From: Longimicrobiales bacterium | Lineage (GTDB): Bacteria; Gemmatimonadota; Gemmatimonadetes; Longimicrobiales; Gaopeijiaceae | Direction of reading: 5' to 3' | DNA: 64,000 nt | Assembly: GCA_965202805.1 (NCBI GenBank) | Contig: OZ241869.1 | Location: 2,496,001 to 2,560,000 of the forward strand | Shown: in pieces, positions 26,628 through 38,275 of the stretch | Layout of the letters: every line of letters begins with the position of its first letter | Numbering within the stretch: the first letter of the stretch is position 1 | Program-made: the position numbers and the translations under genes | The notes under the pieces: model-generated | Told to the model about the DNA's origin: nothing | Seen by the model: only the letters and a program-made list of their open reading frames with translations | Databases searched by the model: none

Positions 26628-27947
26628 GTGGAACTCCTGGTATTCGGTACCAACCACAGGGTCGCCCCGGCCGCGGCCCGGGACCGTCTGGCGCTTTCCG
26701 GCGAGGAAACGCGCGAGCTGCTCGGAACGCTCGTCGACGGCGCGCACGGCGACCGCCTGATTCGCGAGAGCGTGGTCCTTTCGACCTGCACGCGGACCGA
26801 GGTCTTCGCCTGGACGCGGGAGCCGGTTCGGGCCATCGAGCTGGTGCGCCACAAACTGCGCGACGTCAAGGACAACGACGCCGTATCCACCGAACGTCAC
26901 ACCTTCTCGCTGAGCGGACGCGAGGGGGCTCATCATCTCTTCCGCGTGGCGGCCGGGCTCGACTCGCTCATGATCGGCGAGCCCCAGGTGCTGGGACAGG
27001 TGCGGCAGGCCTACGCGCTGGCGGAGGAGGAGGGAACGTGCGGGCCGTATCTGACCCGCCTGTTCCAGTCGGCCGTGCGCACCGGCAAGCGCGCGCGCGC
27101 GGAAACGGATATCGGCAAGGGATCGGCGTCGGTGGCGTTCGCCGCGGTGCGACTGGCCACCAACATCCTTTCCGACCTCTCCGACCAGGCCGTGCTGGTG
27201 GTGGGCGCGGGACGCACCGGCGCCCAGGCCACACGCAACTTCGCCGCGAAGAAGCCCCGCAGCCTGACCATCGTCAACCGCACCGCCGGCCGCGCGCAGG
27301 CGGTGGCGGACGAGTGCGGCGGGACCGCGCGGCCGTTCGACGAACTCCACGCCGCGCTGAAACAGGCAAGCGTCGTGGTGACCGCAACCTCCGCCCCGAA
27401 TCCGGTGATCACCGCCGCGACCCTCTGCGCCATAATGCGCGAGCGGGGCGGAAGACCGCTGGTGATCATCGACATCGCCAATCCCAGGGACGTCGAATCC
27501 AGCGCCGGGCGGATTCCCAACGTCTTCCTGCGCGACCTGGACAGCCTGGGCGACATCGTGCAGGAGAACCTGATCCGCCGCAGCAAACAGATTCCCCACG
27601 TCGAGCGCATCGTCGAGGAGGAACTCCAGAACTTCGTCGACTGGTTCGACACGCTGCAGGTGGTCCCGGTGCTCCGGTCGCTGCGCGAGAGCTTCTACCG
27701 GATCGCGGACGAGGAAGTGCGCCGGCACCTGGGCAGCTTCGACGAGTCCAGCCGCGACCGCCTGGAACGCTACACGCGCTCCCTGGTGGCGCGGCTGCTG
27801 CACCAGCCCACATGCCACCTGCGCGAGCTCGACCTGGAGACGTCCGAGGGGGTTTCGAGCCTGGCCGCGGTCAAGGAGATCTTCCAGTTGACGCCGGACG
27901 AGCCTGCCGGGTCCAACGGCGAGCAGGCGCGCAACGGCGCCGGCTGA
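26628..27947 (+). CDS. hemA: Glutamyl-tRNA reductase
   Basis: LSTCTRTE, GLDSLMIGEPQVLGQV, GAG, DIANPRD; GGAG RBS with GTG start. Confidence 0.93.
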   Translation: MELLVFGTNHRVAPAAARDRLALSGEETRELLGTLVDGAHGDRLIRESVVLSTCTRTEVFAWTREPVRAIELVRHKLRDVKDNDAVSTERHTFSLSGREGAHHLFRVAAGLDSLMIGEPQVLGQVRQAYALAEEEGTCGPYLTRLFQSAVRTGKRARAETDIGKGSASVAFAAVRLATNILSDLSDQAVLVVGAGRTGAQATRNFAAKKPRSLTIVNRTAGRAQAVADECGGTARPFDELHAALKQASVVVTATSAPNPVITAATLCAIMRERGGRPLVIIDIANPRDVESSAGRIPNVFLRDLDSLGDIVQENLIRRSKQIPHVERIVEEELQNFVDWFDTLQVVPVLRSLRESFYRIADEEVRRHLGSFDESSRDRLERYTRSLVARLLHQPTCHLRELDLETSEGVSSLAAVKEIFQLTPDEPAGSNGEQARNGAG

Positions 27948-27995
27948 GCGCCGCGACGGACGGCCCTTCCCGCAAAACGGCGGCATTCCCGACGC

Positions 27996-28979
27996 ATGGC
28001 CTATCCGCAGCACCGCCTCCGCCGCCTCCGGCAGTCGCCGGCCTGGCGGCGCCTGGTACGCGAGAGCACGCTCCGGGCCGGCGACCTGGTGTATCCGCTC
28101 TTCGTGGTGCCGGGGGAGGAACGGCGCGAGCCCGTGCCCAGCATGCCCGGCGTACACCGCCTCTCCCCGAGGCTGCTGGTCGAGGAGGCCGGGGCGGCCG
28201 TGGACGCGGGGGTGGGCGCCGTGCTCCTCTTCGGGGTGCCCGACCGCAAGGACGCGCTCGGAACCGGCGCCTACGCCGACGACGGCATCGTACCCCGGGC
28301 GGTGCGCGAACTCAAGGCGCACTACCCCGGCCTTCTGGTGTGGACCGACGTGTGTCTCTGCCAGTACAACGACCACGGCCACTGCGGCGTGCTGGCGCCG
28401 GACGGCACCCTGGACGAGGAAGCCACTCTCCCCCTGCTCGCGCGGGCGGCGGTTTCGCACGCTCGCGCGGGAGCGGACGCCGTGGCCCCGAGCGACATGC
28501 TGGACGGGCGCGTGGGCGTGATCCGCGCGGCCCTGGACGAGGCCGGCCACGGCCTGACCCCCATCGTGTCGTACGCCGCCAAGTACGCGTCCGCCTTCTA
28601 CGGTCCCTTCCGTGACGCCGCCCACTCGGCGCCCTCGCACGGCGACCGCCGCACCCACCAGATGGACCCCGCCAACAGCGACGAGGCGCTGCGCGAGGTG
28701 CAGGCCGACCTGGAGGAGGGCGCGGACGTCGTGATGGTCAAGCCGGCGGGCCCGTGCCTGGACGTGATCCGGCGGGTCAGGGATACCTTCGGCGTGCCCA
28801 CCGCGGCGTACCAGGTTTCCGGCGAGTTCAGCATGCTGCGGGCTGCGGGCAAACGCGGCTGGATCGACGAGAAGGCGGTGGCGCTGGAGAGCCTGGGCGC
28901 CATCAGGCGGGCGGGCGCGGACATCATCGTCACCTACTACGCCGTGGAGGCCGCACGCTGGCTGCGCGAAGACGCCTGA
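27996..28979 (+). CDS. hemB: Porphobilinogen synthase (Zn-type)
   Basis: DVCLCQY..HGHCG, SDMLDGR, FYGPFRDA, MVKP, YQVSGE. Confidence 0.96.
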   Translation: MAYPQHRLRRLRQSPAWRRLVRESTLRAGDLVYPLFVVPGEERREPVPSMPGVHRLSPRLLVEEAGAAVDAGVGAVLLFGVPDRKDALGTGAYADDGIVPRAVRELKAHYPGLLVWTDVCLCQYNDHGHCGVLAPDGTLDEEATLPLLARAAVSHARAGADAVAPSDMLDGRVGVIRAALDEAGHGLTPIVSYAAKYASAFYGPFRDAAHSAPSHGDRRTHQMDPANSDEALREVQADLEEGADVVMVKPAGPCLDVIRRVRDTFGVPTAAYQVSGEFSMLRAAGKRGWIDEKAVALESLGAIRRAGADIIVTYYAVEAARWLREDA

Positions 28980-29665
28980 CGATCCGCCCGGAGAACCGGG
29001 TTCCGGCCGCGCTGGTGGGCATCATCGTGGTCCTGGCCGTCGCGCTTGTGACCATGTCGTTCAACCGGCCCGGGGTCGAAGCCTACGTTCCGACGCCCCC
29101 GAACCCCTCCGAAGCCGGCGAGACGCTGGTCGGCCCCGTCGAGTACACCGTGGATGCCACGTCGACCGACGCGTGGCAGTTCTTCGACTTCTCGCGCGGG
29201 TCGGTGGTGGGAGACCCCGGGGCCCGCGACTGGGACCTGGCCTTCCGGCGCTTCCACATCATCGCCAACGGCGGCCCCGGCTTTTCCGGTGACGGCGGGA
29301 TCATCCGTCTGGAGGACGCCGACTTCGACGCGGTCTCGGAGCTGCCCGACGCACCCTACGTGGAGACCAGGGTCCGGCGCGATTCGGTCAACGCCGCCAT
29401 CGAGCGCTGGTATGCCTACGGCTGGACCAGCCATCTGCTGACGCCGCACCCCGCCGTCTACGCGGTCAGGACCGCGGACGGACGCTACGCCAAGGTGCAG
29501 CTGCTGGGGTACTACTGCCCGGGCGCCCAGCCCGGCTGCCTGACCTTCCGCTATGTCTACCAGGGTGCGGGGGGACGCGCGCTCGGGGCGCCCGGGGAAG
29601 CCGGCACGGTCGTGAATCGCGAGCCGGACACCCGGGATCCACCCCCCTCCGCGGGCGAGCGATGA
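28976..29665 (+). CDS. HmuY-family heme-binding protein, N-terminally anchored (start uncertain: CTG 28976 or GTG 29015)
   Basis: W..FDF..G...WDLAF.R..I..NGG; VY.VRT.DG.YAK.Q...YY...TF.Y. Confidence 0.7.
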   Translation: MTIRPENRVPAALVGIIVVLAVALVTMSFNRPGVEAYVPTPPNPSEAGETLVGPVEYTVDATSTDAWQFFDFSRGSVVGDPGARDWDLAFRRFHIIANGGPGFSGDGGIIRLEDADFDAVSELPDAPYVETRVRRDSVNAAIERWYAYGWTSHLLTPHPAVYAVRTADGRYAKVQLLGYYCPGAQPGCLTFRYVYQGAGGRALGAPGEAGTVVNREPDTRDPPPSAGER

Positions 29666-30051
29666 CACCCATCCCGGCACCGGACGCGGGGGACCGCAGC
29701 CGGGAGTTGCGCCGAACGCTCCGGGAGCGACTGGCGCGGGGCATCTACGAGCGCGAGAAGGCCCGCGACCCGACCCGGAGCAAGCGCCAGTCCTCGTGGG
29801 ACGACCTGAACGCCGGCCGCCGCGCCACGCGCCTGAACTACGCCGACGAACTGCTCACCACCCTTGCGGGGGCCCTTGACGTCGACTGGGCGACGGTCGA
29901 AAGCCTGGAAGCCTGTGCGGAGGCGGCGCTTGCGGCGGGAGGCGGGGATCGCGAGAGGGTTGCGGCCGGCACGCGGGAACTGGCCGAAGTGCTTGCCGCG
30001 CTGGTGCCGAAACCCGCGGGCGAGGCCCGGGGCAAGAGCGGATCAGTTTAG
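29662..30051 (+). CDS. Hypothetical protein
   Basis: ATGA overlap with upstream gene; 129 aa, helical. Confidence 0.55.
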   Translation: MTPIPAPDAGDRSRELRRTLRERLARGIYEREKARDPTRSKRQSSWDDLNAGRRATRLNYADELLTTLAGALDVDWATVESLEACAEAALAAGGGDRERVAAGTRELAEVLAALVPKPAGEARGKSGSV

Positions 30052-30094
30052 CTAAACTAATCGGACTAAGTCCGGTCAGCCTCCAGCCGCTCTT

Positions 30095-31381
30095 TCAGGC
30101 GATGCGACGCTGCTTGCGCCTGAGGAAGTCCATCATGATGTACTGCCCCAGGGTGAGCGAACTCGTGAAGTAGGCCTTTCCGCGCGAGATCTCGGCCACT
30201 TCGCGCACGAACCGCACGAGGTAGGGATCGCGGGCCAGCATGAAGGTGTTGATGTGGACGCCCGCGTTCCGGCACGCCGCCACTTCGCGGAAGGTCCTCC
30301 GCAGAATCAGGCCGTCGGGCGCGCCCGAGTTCTTGTAGATGCGCCCGTTGGGAAGGGTCACCGCGGAGGGCTTGCCGTCGGTGATCATGATGATCTGCAT
30401 CATGTCCTTCTTCTGCGCCTTGAGCAGGCGGCGCGCGATCAGGAGGCCTTCCGCGGTGTTGGTGTGGAACGGCCCCACCTGCGCCCGAGCCAGCTGCGAC
30501 AGCGGGATCTCCGTCGCGCGGTCGCCGAAGGTCACGACCTTGAGGACATCGCCCGGGAACTGCGTGCGGATCAGGTGGGTCAGCGCCAGGGCAACCTGCT
30601 TGGCCGGACCGAAGCGGTCCTCGCCGTAGAGGATCATCGAGTGCGACACGTCGAGCATGAGCACCGTGGCACAGGAGGACCGGTACTCGGTCTGGTGCAC
30701 CATGAGGTCCTGGTAGTCGAGCTCGATGGGGATGGACAGCCCTTCCCGCTCGATCGCGCTCCGGAGGGTGGCGGGAATGTCGAGGTTGAGGACGTCGCCG
30801 TACTCGTAGGGGCGGCTCGCCGCGTCGGCCTCGACGCCGGTGGCCAGCTTCGGGGTTTCATGGGAACCGAAGCTGGAGGTCCCGCTGGCCGAGAGCAGGT
30901 TGCGCAGGGCGCGATACCCCAGGAAATCCATCCCCTTGCGCGTGAGACCGAAGTTCACGCTGCGGGCGGCGTCCCTGGCCTCGTCGATGTGCCCCTGGCC
31001 GGTCATCTCCTGCGTAGGCGGCATGGCCTTGCCGCCCTCCAGCGTCAGGTAGCCCTCTTCCACGAGCTTCTGGACGATGTCGTCGATGAGCTGCGCGATG
31101 CGGCGCTGGACCTCCTCGTCGCCCTCGCCCTCGCCGCGGAGCTCCTCCAGCATCTCCGGGGTGAACTGCCCGCTCTCGATGAGGGCGTCGAGGATCGCCC
31201 GCTGGAGGGCGTCGTAGGAGCTCGTGTCCTCGGTCCCGGACCATCCCCAGTAGGGATGGAAGTGCGGGCCGCCGGCAAAGCCGCCGTCCATCAGGAAGTC
31301 GGTCAGGTGCTCGAGCAGGGCCTCGAGGTTCAGGGCGTCGAGCAGGCCGGGCCGGTACTTTGTGTAGGTCGTGAAGCGCAT
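30095..31381 (-). CDS. VWA domain protein, partner of the Mg-chelatase-like AAA+ ATPase
   Basis: MIDAS DVSHSM, TNT..GL, ITDGKP. Confidence 0.85.
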   Translation of the reverse strand: MRFTTYTKYRPGLLDALNLEALLEHLTDFLMDGGFAGGPHFHPYWGWSGTEDTSSYDALQRAILDALIESGQFTPEMLEELRGEGEGDEEVQRRIAQLIDDIVQKLVEEGYLTLEGGKAMPPTQEMTGQGHIDEARDAARSVNFGLTRKGMDFLGYRALRNLLSASGTSSFGSHETPKLATGVEADAASRPYEYGDVLNLDIPATLRSAIEREGLSIPIELDYQDLMVHQTEYRSSCATVLMLDVSHSMILYGEDRFGPAKQVALALTHLIRTQFPGDVLKVVTFGDRATEIPLSQLARAQVGPFHTNTAEGLLIARRLLKAQKKDMMQIIMITDGKPSAVTLPNGRIYKNSGAPDGLILRRTFREVAACRNAGVHINTFMLARDPYLVRFVREVAEISRGKAYFTSSLTLGQYIMMDFLRRKQRRIA

Positions 31382-31470
31382 CGCCCTGCCCTCGCGGAGT
31401 GAGCGTCCGATCACGCCCGCCGGTCGGTCACCTGGAGCGCCCGGCGGCGCGGCCAGCCATCCACAGGAGA

Positions 31471-32649
31471 ATGGAAGCCATCCACGAAAGACTGCTCGCG
31501 TGGTTCGACGCGCACAAGCGGGACCTTCTCTGGCGCGGCGTCGGCGACCCCTACGCGGTGTGGGTCTCCGAGGTCATGCTGCAGCAGACGCGAGCCGGCT
31601 CCGTGGTCCCCTACTACCGGCGCTGGATGGAGCGGTTCCCGGATGTTGACGCTCTTGCCGACGCCGACCTGGAGGAGGTGCTGCGGCTTTGGCGGGGGCT
31701 GGGGTACTACGCCCGCGCGCGCAATGCACACCGGTGTGCGCAGCGGGTGCGCGACGCGTGCGGCGGCGCTTTCCCGTCGTCGGCGGACGGCCTGAAGAAG
31801 CTCCCGGGAATCGGGCCTTACACCGCCGCCGCCGTGGCGAGCATTGCCTTCGGGGAGGCGGTGCCGGCCGTGGACGGCAACGTGCGCCGCGTGGTGGCGC
31901 GGCTGTTCGACCTCCCCGATCCGCCGTTCGCGGAGGTGCGTAACCGCGCGGCGGACCTGATGGACACGGCCCGCCCCGGTGACTTCAACGAGGCGATGAT
32001 GGAGCTGGGCGCCACCGTGTGCACGCCCCGGTCGCCGTCCTGCGGGGCGTGTCCGGTGGCGGCGGGCTGTCGGGCGCGCGCGGCCGGCACGGTGGCGGAG
32101 CGGCCGCTGCCAAGGGGGCGGCGGGCCGTGCCGACCCGCACCTGGGGGGTGCTGGTCGCGGTCTCGCCGCGGGGCAGGACGCTGGTGGTGCGGCGGCCGC
32201 CGGAAGGGCTGCTCGGGGGGATGTGGGAGTTCCCGGCGGTGGAGGTGGAGGACGGCGCCGACGCGCGGACCCGGGTGGAGGGACGTGTGGGACGGCAGGC
32301 GTCAGCCGGCGGCGGCGGGGCGGACCGGGCCGTGGGCGCCGTACGCGGCACGGTGGGACCACCGGTCGGACAGGGAACCGGGGCTGGCGGGGCTGGCGGC
32401 ACCGACAACGCCGTGCGCCCCGCCACGGCACGACCGATGCGGGTCGCCGAACCCGCCCCGGAGGCGGTCGTGGAACTGCCCCCGGTCACCCACCGGTTCT
32501 CGCACTTCACCGCGGTCTACCGGCCCTGCCGGGTCGAGGTGGCCGGGGAGTGGGGGGAGGAGGCGGGCCGCTGGGTCACCCCCTCCGAGCTGGCCGACCT
32601 GCCGCTTCCGGTCGCCCAGCAGCGCATCGCCCGCGTGGCCCGACTCTGA
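31471..32649 (+). CDS. mutY: A/G-specific adenine glycosylase
   Basis: WVSEVMLQQT, GLGYY.RARN, HhH LPGIGPYTA, VDGNV.RV, Fe-S C..P.C..CP...C; NUDIX-like C-terminus. Confidence 0.93.
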   Translation: MEAIHERLLAWFDAHKRDLLWRGVGDPYAVWVSEVMLQQTRAGSVVPYYRRWMERFPDVDALADADLEEVLRLWRGLGYYARARNAHRCAQRVRDACGGAFPSSADGLKKLPGIGPYTAAAVASIAFGEAVPAVDGNVRRVVARLFDLPDPPFAEVRNRAADLMDTARPGDFNEAMMELGATVCTPRSPSCGACPVAAGCRARAAGTVAERPLPRGRRAVPTRTWGVLVAVSPRGRTLVVRRPPEGLLGGMWEFPAVEVEDGADARTRVEGRVGRQASAGGGGADRAVGAVRGTVGPPVGQGTGAGGAGGTDNAVRPATARPMRVAEPAPEAVVELPPVTHRFSHFTAVYRPCRVEVAGEWGEEAGRWVTPSELADLPLPVAQQRIARVARL

Positions 32650-32689
32650 CGGGCCCCCGGCGGCGCTGGCGCGCCTCTTCCTGAATGAC

Positions 32690-34159
<1,470 letters not shown>

Positions 34160-34388
34160 GTGTGTCGTGGGGGAGCGGGGGTCGGAAGGACGCCGTGACG
34201 ACCGGCGCCGGATTGGCTAGGATGTAGCACTTCGGGAGGCCGGCTGCCCTGGGTCGGGCCGGGGTCGGGCGGCGCTGCGGCCTCGACAGACTACCCCGCT
34301 CTCCGGGCCCGGATCCTGCCCGCCGCGCGCCGGCTCGATCCACGGCGCAAACAGGCCGCGCAGACCGGAAGCCCGTTCAGGAGCCCGC

Positions 34389-36050
34389 ATGTCGCAACCT
34401 CCGCCGTCCGTGCGGCCCGCCGTCTGGCAGCCGGCCCTGCCCGTCGACCGCTTCATCGTCGAGGAGCCTCCGGACGCCGAAGCAGTCCCCCTGGACGTGG
34501 TCTTCGTGGGGGGAGGACCGGCCGGACTCGCCGGCGCCATACAGCTCGCGAAGCTGGCGCGCGCGGATGGCGAGGCGGGAGGCGATCTGGGCGCACTCGA
34601 GATCGGCGTGCTGGAGAAGGCCGGGGAGCTGGGCGAGCACAGCCTTTCCGGTGCCGTCGTCAACCCGCGCGCCTTCCGGGAGCTCTTCCCCGAGCTCGCC
34701 GACGACGACTTTCCCTTCACGCGCCCGGTTTCCCGCGAAGCGGTGTACCTGCTGACGGGTGCGAGCGCGTTCCGGCTGCCGACGCCGCCTACCATGAGGA
34801 ATCACGGCAACTTCGTGGGCTCGATCTGCGAGATGGTGCGCTGGCTGGGCGAGCGAGCGGAGGAGCTGGGCGTGAACGTCTTCCCGGGGTTCCCGGTCGA
34901 CTCGCTCCTGGTTGAAGAAACACGCGTCAGAGGTGTGCGCACGACGCCCGCCGGCCTCGACCGGGAGGGCGCCCCGGGAGCGGGCTACCAGCCGCCCATG
35001 GACATCTCCGCCACCGTGACGGTGCTCGCCGAAGGCACCCGCGGCCCGCTCACCCAGGCCTGGCTGGAACGGGAGGGCATCGGCTCGCCCAACCCCCAGA
35101 TCTACGCCCTCGGCGTGAAGGAACTCTGGCGCACCCGCCGGCCCCTGGACCGCGTGGTGCACACCCTCGGATGGCCGCTTCCGCGCGATGCCTTCGGGGG
35201 CAGCTTCATGTATCCGCTGGCTGACGATCTGGTCGCGCTGGGGCTGGTCGTGGGGCTGGATTACCAGGATGCCTCGCTCGATGTCCACGAGCTTCTCCAG
35301 AGGATGAAGCTGCACCCGCTCTTTCGCCCGACGCTCGAGGGCGGCGAGATGCTGGAATGGGGCGCGAAGACGATCCCCGAAGGGGGCTACTACTCGGTTC
35401 CGGAACGCCGCCACGGGGAGGGCCTGCTGATCTGCGGCGACGCGGCCGGCCTCGTGGACGTCCCCTCCCTGAAGGGCATCCACTACGCGATGCAGTCGGG
35501 CATCTACGCGGCCCACGCCATCTTCGCCGAACTCAAGGGCGAGGGCGACGGCCTGGCGGGCTTCACCCGCGTCCTGGACGGCTCCTGGGTGATGAAGGAC
35601 CTGCGCCGCACCCGCAATCTGCGCCTGGCCTTCAAGAAGGGCTTCTGGGCGGGCGGGATTAAGGCGGGGCTCATGACGGTGACGGGTGGGGCTTTTCCCG
35701 GTGCCCGCATCCCGGTATCGGAAGACGCCGAGGAGGCGCGACGCCCCGGGGCACCTCAGGCCTTCAGACCCGATGGAGAGCTCACGTTCTCCAAGGTCGA
35801 CGCGGTGTACAAGTCCGGGAACCAGACGCGCGACGACATCCCCAGCCATGTGCTGTCGGGCGACGCGGTGCCTCCGGAGGGAGCCGCCTTCTATGCCCGC
35901 ATGTGCCCGGCCGGGGTGTACGAGGAGGGCGAAGACGGCGAACTGGTCGTGAACGCCCCCAACTGCGTGGACTGCAAGGCGACTGACGTGCTCGGACCGC
36001 GCTGGACGCCGAGGGAAGGGGGCAGCGGGCCGGCGTATCGCAGGATGTAG
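34389..36050 (+). CDS. Electron-transfer flavoprotein:quinone oxidoreductase (FixC/FixX-like fusion)
   Basis: GGGPAG FAD motif, LEK..ELG.H.LSGA, GAKTIPEGG, KGIHYAM.SG, C-terminal CPAGVY..NCVDC. Confidence 0.9.
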   Translation: MSQPPPSVRPAVWQPALPVDRFIVEEPPDAEAVPLDVVFVGGGPAGLAGAIQLAKLARADGEAGGDLGALEIGVLEKAGELGEHSLSGAVVNPRAFRELFPELADDDFPFTRPVSREAVYLLTGASAFRLPTPPTMRNHGNFVGSICEMVRWLGERAEELGVNVFPGFPVDSLLVEETRVRGVRTTPAGLDREGAPGAGYQPPMDISATVTVLAEGTRGPLTQAWLEREGIGSPNPQIYALGVKELWRTRRPLDRVVHTLGWPLPRDAFGGSFMYPLADDLVALGLVVGLDYQDASLDVHELLQRMKLHPLFRPTLEGGEMLEWGAKTIPEGGYYSVPERRHGEGLLICGDAAGLVDVPSLKGIHYAMQSGIYAAHAIFAELKGEGDGLAGFTRVLDGSWVMKDLRRTRNLRLAFKKGFWAGGIKAGLMTVTGGAFPGARIPVSEDAEEARRPGAPQAFRPDGELTFSKVDAVYKSGNQTRDDIPSHVLSGDAVPPEGAAFYARMCPAGVYEEGEDGELVVNAPNCVDCKATDVLGPRWTPREGGSGPAYRRM

Positions 36051-36099
36051 GTTGGAAGTTGGATTCAGGTCGCCGGAAATGGCCTGGCGAGGAGGACCC

Positions 36100-37359
36100 A
36101 TGAACCCGGCTGCGGCCATGTCAGACCGGAGGCTTCCGGCCCGCAGGGACGCATCGCAACGGCTCCTGAGCCACCGACCCGCACTCGTGCCGGTGTTCGC
36201 ATTGCTTGCGGCGTCGGCGTGCGCCGAGCGGAGTTCCGAGATCGTGGTCCAGGTCGACAGCGCCGGGGTGCGGATCGTCGAAAGCCGGGCGCCGGCATGG
36301 GCGCCCGGGACCGAATGGCGCGTCGATCCCGAGCCCGTCCTCCGGCTGGGAGCCGCAGACGACGACCCAGCCTCACAGTTCTTCCGGATCCTCGATGTCG
36401 CGCTGCTCGCCGGCGGGGAACTCATCGTCGTGGACGGCGGGTCCGCCGAGGTGCGTCGCTACGACGCCGGGGGCGGCCACCTGTGGAGCACGGGCGGACG
36501 CGGGGAGGGACCGGGCGAGTTCCGCGGCCCGCGCTATCTGGGGCGGCGGGAGGATGGGGCGTTCCTGATCTGGGACCGGGCGCTGCTTCGCCTGTCGGTG
36601 GTCGCCGAGGACGGAGAAGTGCTGCTCAGCGAGCGCAGGACCTCGCCCGATGGATCCGAGTTCATCGCGTTCGGCTTGTTCGACGATGGCGCCTGGCTGG
36701 TCGCCAACCCGAGGCGCGTGTCGGCCCCGGCGGAGGGCACCACGTGGACCGATACCGTGCCGCTGGGACGGTACGACCCGGCGCTGAACGAGCAGTTGGG
36801 TCTGGCGCGCGTTCCAGGCCACCGGTGGATCTGGACCGGCCAGCACATGCTGCCCGTGCCGTTCAGCCCGCAGCCATTGCGGACGATCGTCGGCGATCGC
36901 CTGGCCGTGGCGAGCGGGCCGGATCCGCAGGTTGCGGTCCACGATGCCGACGGTTCGCTGGTGGCCCGGTACCGGCTCGCACGTGCACGGGAGCCGGTGT
37001 CCGAATCGGATGTCGGGCGGATGATCGAGAGTTTCGTCGAGATGGGCCAGGAGCCGGCGGCGGTGTGGCGGCAATGGCGGGACGAGATGGAGATTCCGGC
37101 GCACGAGCCGGCGTTTGACCGACTGCTTGCGGACGACGATCGAAACCTGTGGGCACGCCGATTCACCGCTGACCCGCTCTCGCGCGAACCCCCGTCGTGG
37201 GACGTATTCGACCCGGCGGGAACCTGGCTGGGCGTGGTTGCGACGCCGGGCGGAATGACCGTGACCGCCATCCGTGACGGGTTTGTGGCGGGGATATACC
37301 GGGATGAGCTGGGTGTGGAGTACGTCAGCGTGCATCGCATCGCGACGGATGCCGGCTGA
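36100..37359 (+). CDS. Exported 6-bladed beta-propeller-like lipoprotein
   Basis: GGAGG RBS; lipobox ASAC; DSAGVRIVE; GGRGEGPGEF. Confidence 0.7.
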   Translation: MNPAAAMSDRRLPARRDASQRLLSHRPALVPVFALLAASACAERSSEIVVQVDSAGVRIVESRAPAWAPGTEWRVDPEPVLRLGAADDDPASQFFRILDVALLAGGELIVVDGGSAEVRRYDAGGGHLWSTGGRGEGPGEFRGPRYLGRREDGAFLIWDRALLRLSVVAEDGEVLLSERRTSPDGSEFIAFGLFDDGAWLVANPRRVSAPAEGTTWTDTVPLGRYDPALNEQLGLARVPGHRWIWTGQHMLPVPFSPQPLRTIVGDRLAVASGPDPQVAVHDADGSLVARYRLARAREPVSESDVGRMIESFVEMGQEPAAVWRQWRDEMEIPAHEPAFDRLLADDDRNLWARRFTADPLSREPPSWDVFDPAGTWLGVVATPGGMTVTAIRDGFVAGIYRDELGVEYVSVHRIATDAG

Positions 37360-37474
37360 TCCGCGGGGACCCGATCCGGAGGACGCTGATCCGTAGAGGA
37401 TGCCGTCCGGGGTCATGCGCGGGCGCGCGCGACCCCTCCTCCGATGACCCGGGTGAGTTCCGGCCAGGACGCCG

Positions 37475-38275
37475 CTAGTCGTCCAGGATGCTCACCCTCA
37501 CCCCGGCCTCCGTGCGCACCAGCGCGGGCATGATGGCCGGAATGTCGCGCGTCCGGTAGTGCGCCAGCACCGCCTCCGCGGTCGAGAAGGCGCTCAGCCG
37601 CTCCAGCGTGCGGATCGTGGGGAAGATCATCGGCAGCCGTCCCGTGCGGTGCCGGTCCAGGGCCTTCCCGGGTGAGAGCCAGAGCGAATCGGTCATCTCC
37701 CGCGGGTCGGGGGCGGACCGGGACCCCGCCGGCGCGAGTGCCGCGAAGAAGCGGGTGTCGTAGCGCCGGGTCTCCGCCTCGGGGGTGATCCAGTGGGCGA
37801 TGTACTCGAGCGCGGCTCCGTCGATGCCCACCCCCAGATCGTCCAGGACCTCGGTGAAGCCCAGGGTGCCGGCCAGCAACTGCTCCCGCAGGCGAACCAG
37901 ACGTGCGCGGCCCGACGTCGTGTCCGGCAGGAAGCGCCCTCCGGGCCGTGCGACCAGCACCGCGGCCTCTTCGAAGACCTCGCGCGCGGCGGCCAGGTAG
38001 TACGCGATCGCGGGCGGATCTCCGCCAGGGAGGCCCAGCCGGGCGGCGGCTTCCCGGGGTGTCAGCCGCTCGAGACGCGAGACCAGGGCCGGGTCGGCGT
38101 CCTGCGCATCCACGCGCCCCCCGGGAAAGACGTAGGCACCCGGCACGAATCCCGCGGAGCGGTTGCGCCTCATCAGCAGGAGCTGAAAGCCCGGCGCCCG
38201 CTCCCGCAGAAGAACGACGGTCGCTGCGGGCCGAGGCGCTACGCCGGAGGGCGGAAGGCGTTCAAACCGGTCCAT
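37475..38275 (-). CDS. NUDIX hydrolase (Nudt19-like)
   Basis: AATV.LLR, YVFPGG.VD, AARE.FEE, HWITP..RRYDTRFF. Confidence 0.85.
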   Translation of the reverse strand: MDRFERLPPSGVAPRPAATVVLLRERAPGFQLLLMRRNRSAGFVPGAYVFPGGRVDAQDADPALVSRLERLTPREAAARLGLPGGDPPAIAYYLAAAREVFEEAAVLVARPGGRFLPDTTSGRARLVRLREQLLAGTLGFTEVLDDLGVGIDGAALEYIAHWITPEAETRRYDTRFFAALAPAGSRSAPDPREMTDSLWLSPGKALDRHRTGRLPMIFPTIRTLERLSAFSTAEAVLAHYRTRDIPAIMPALVRTEAGVRVSILDD

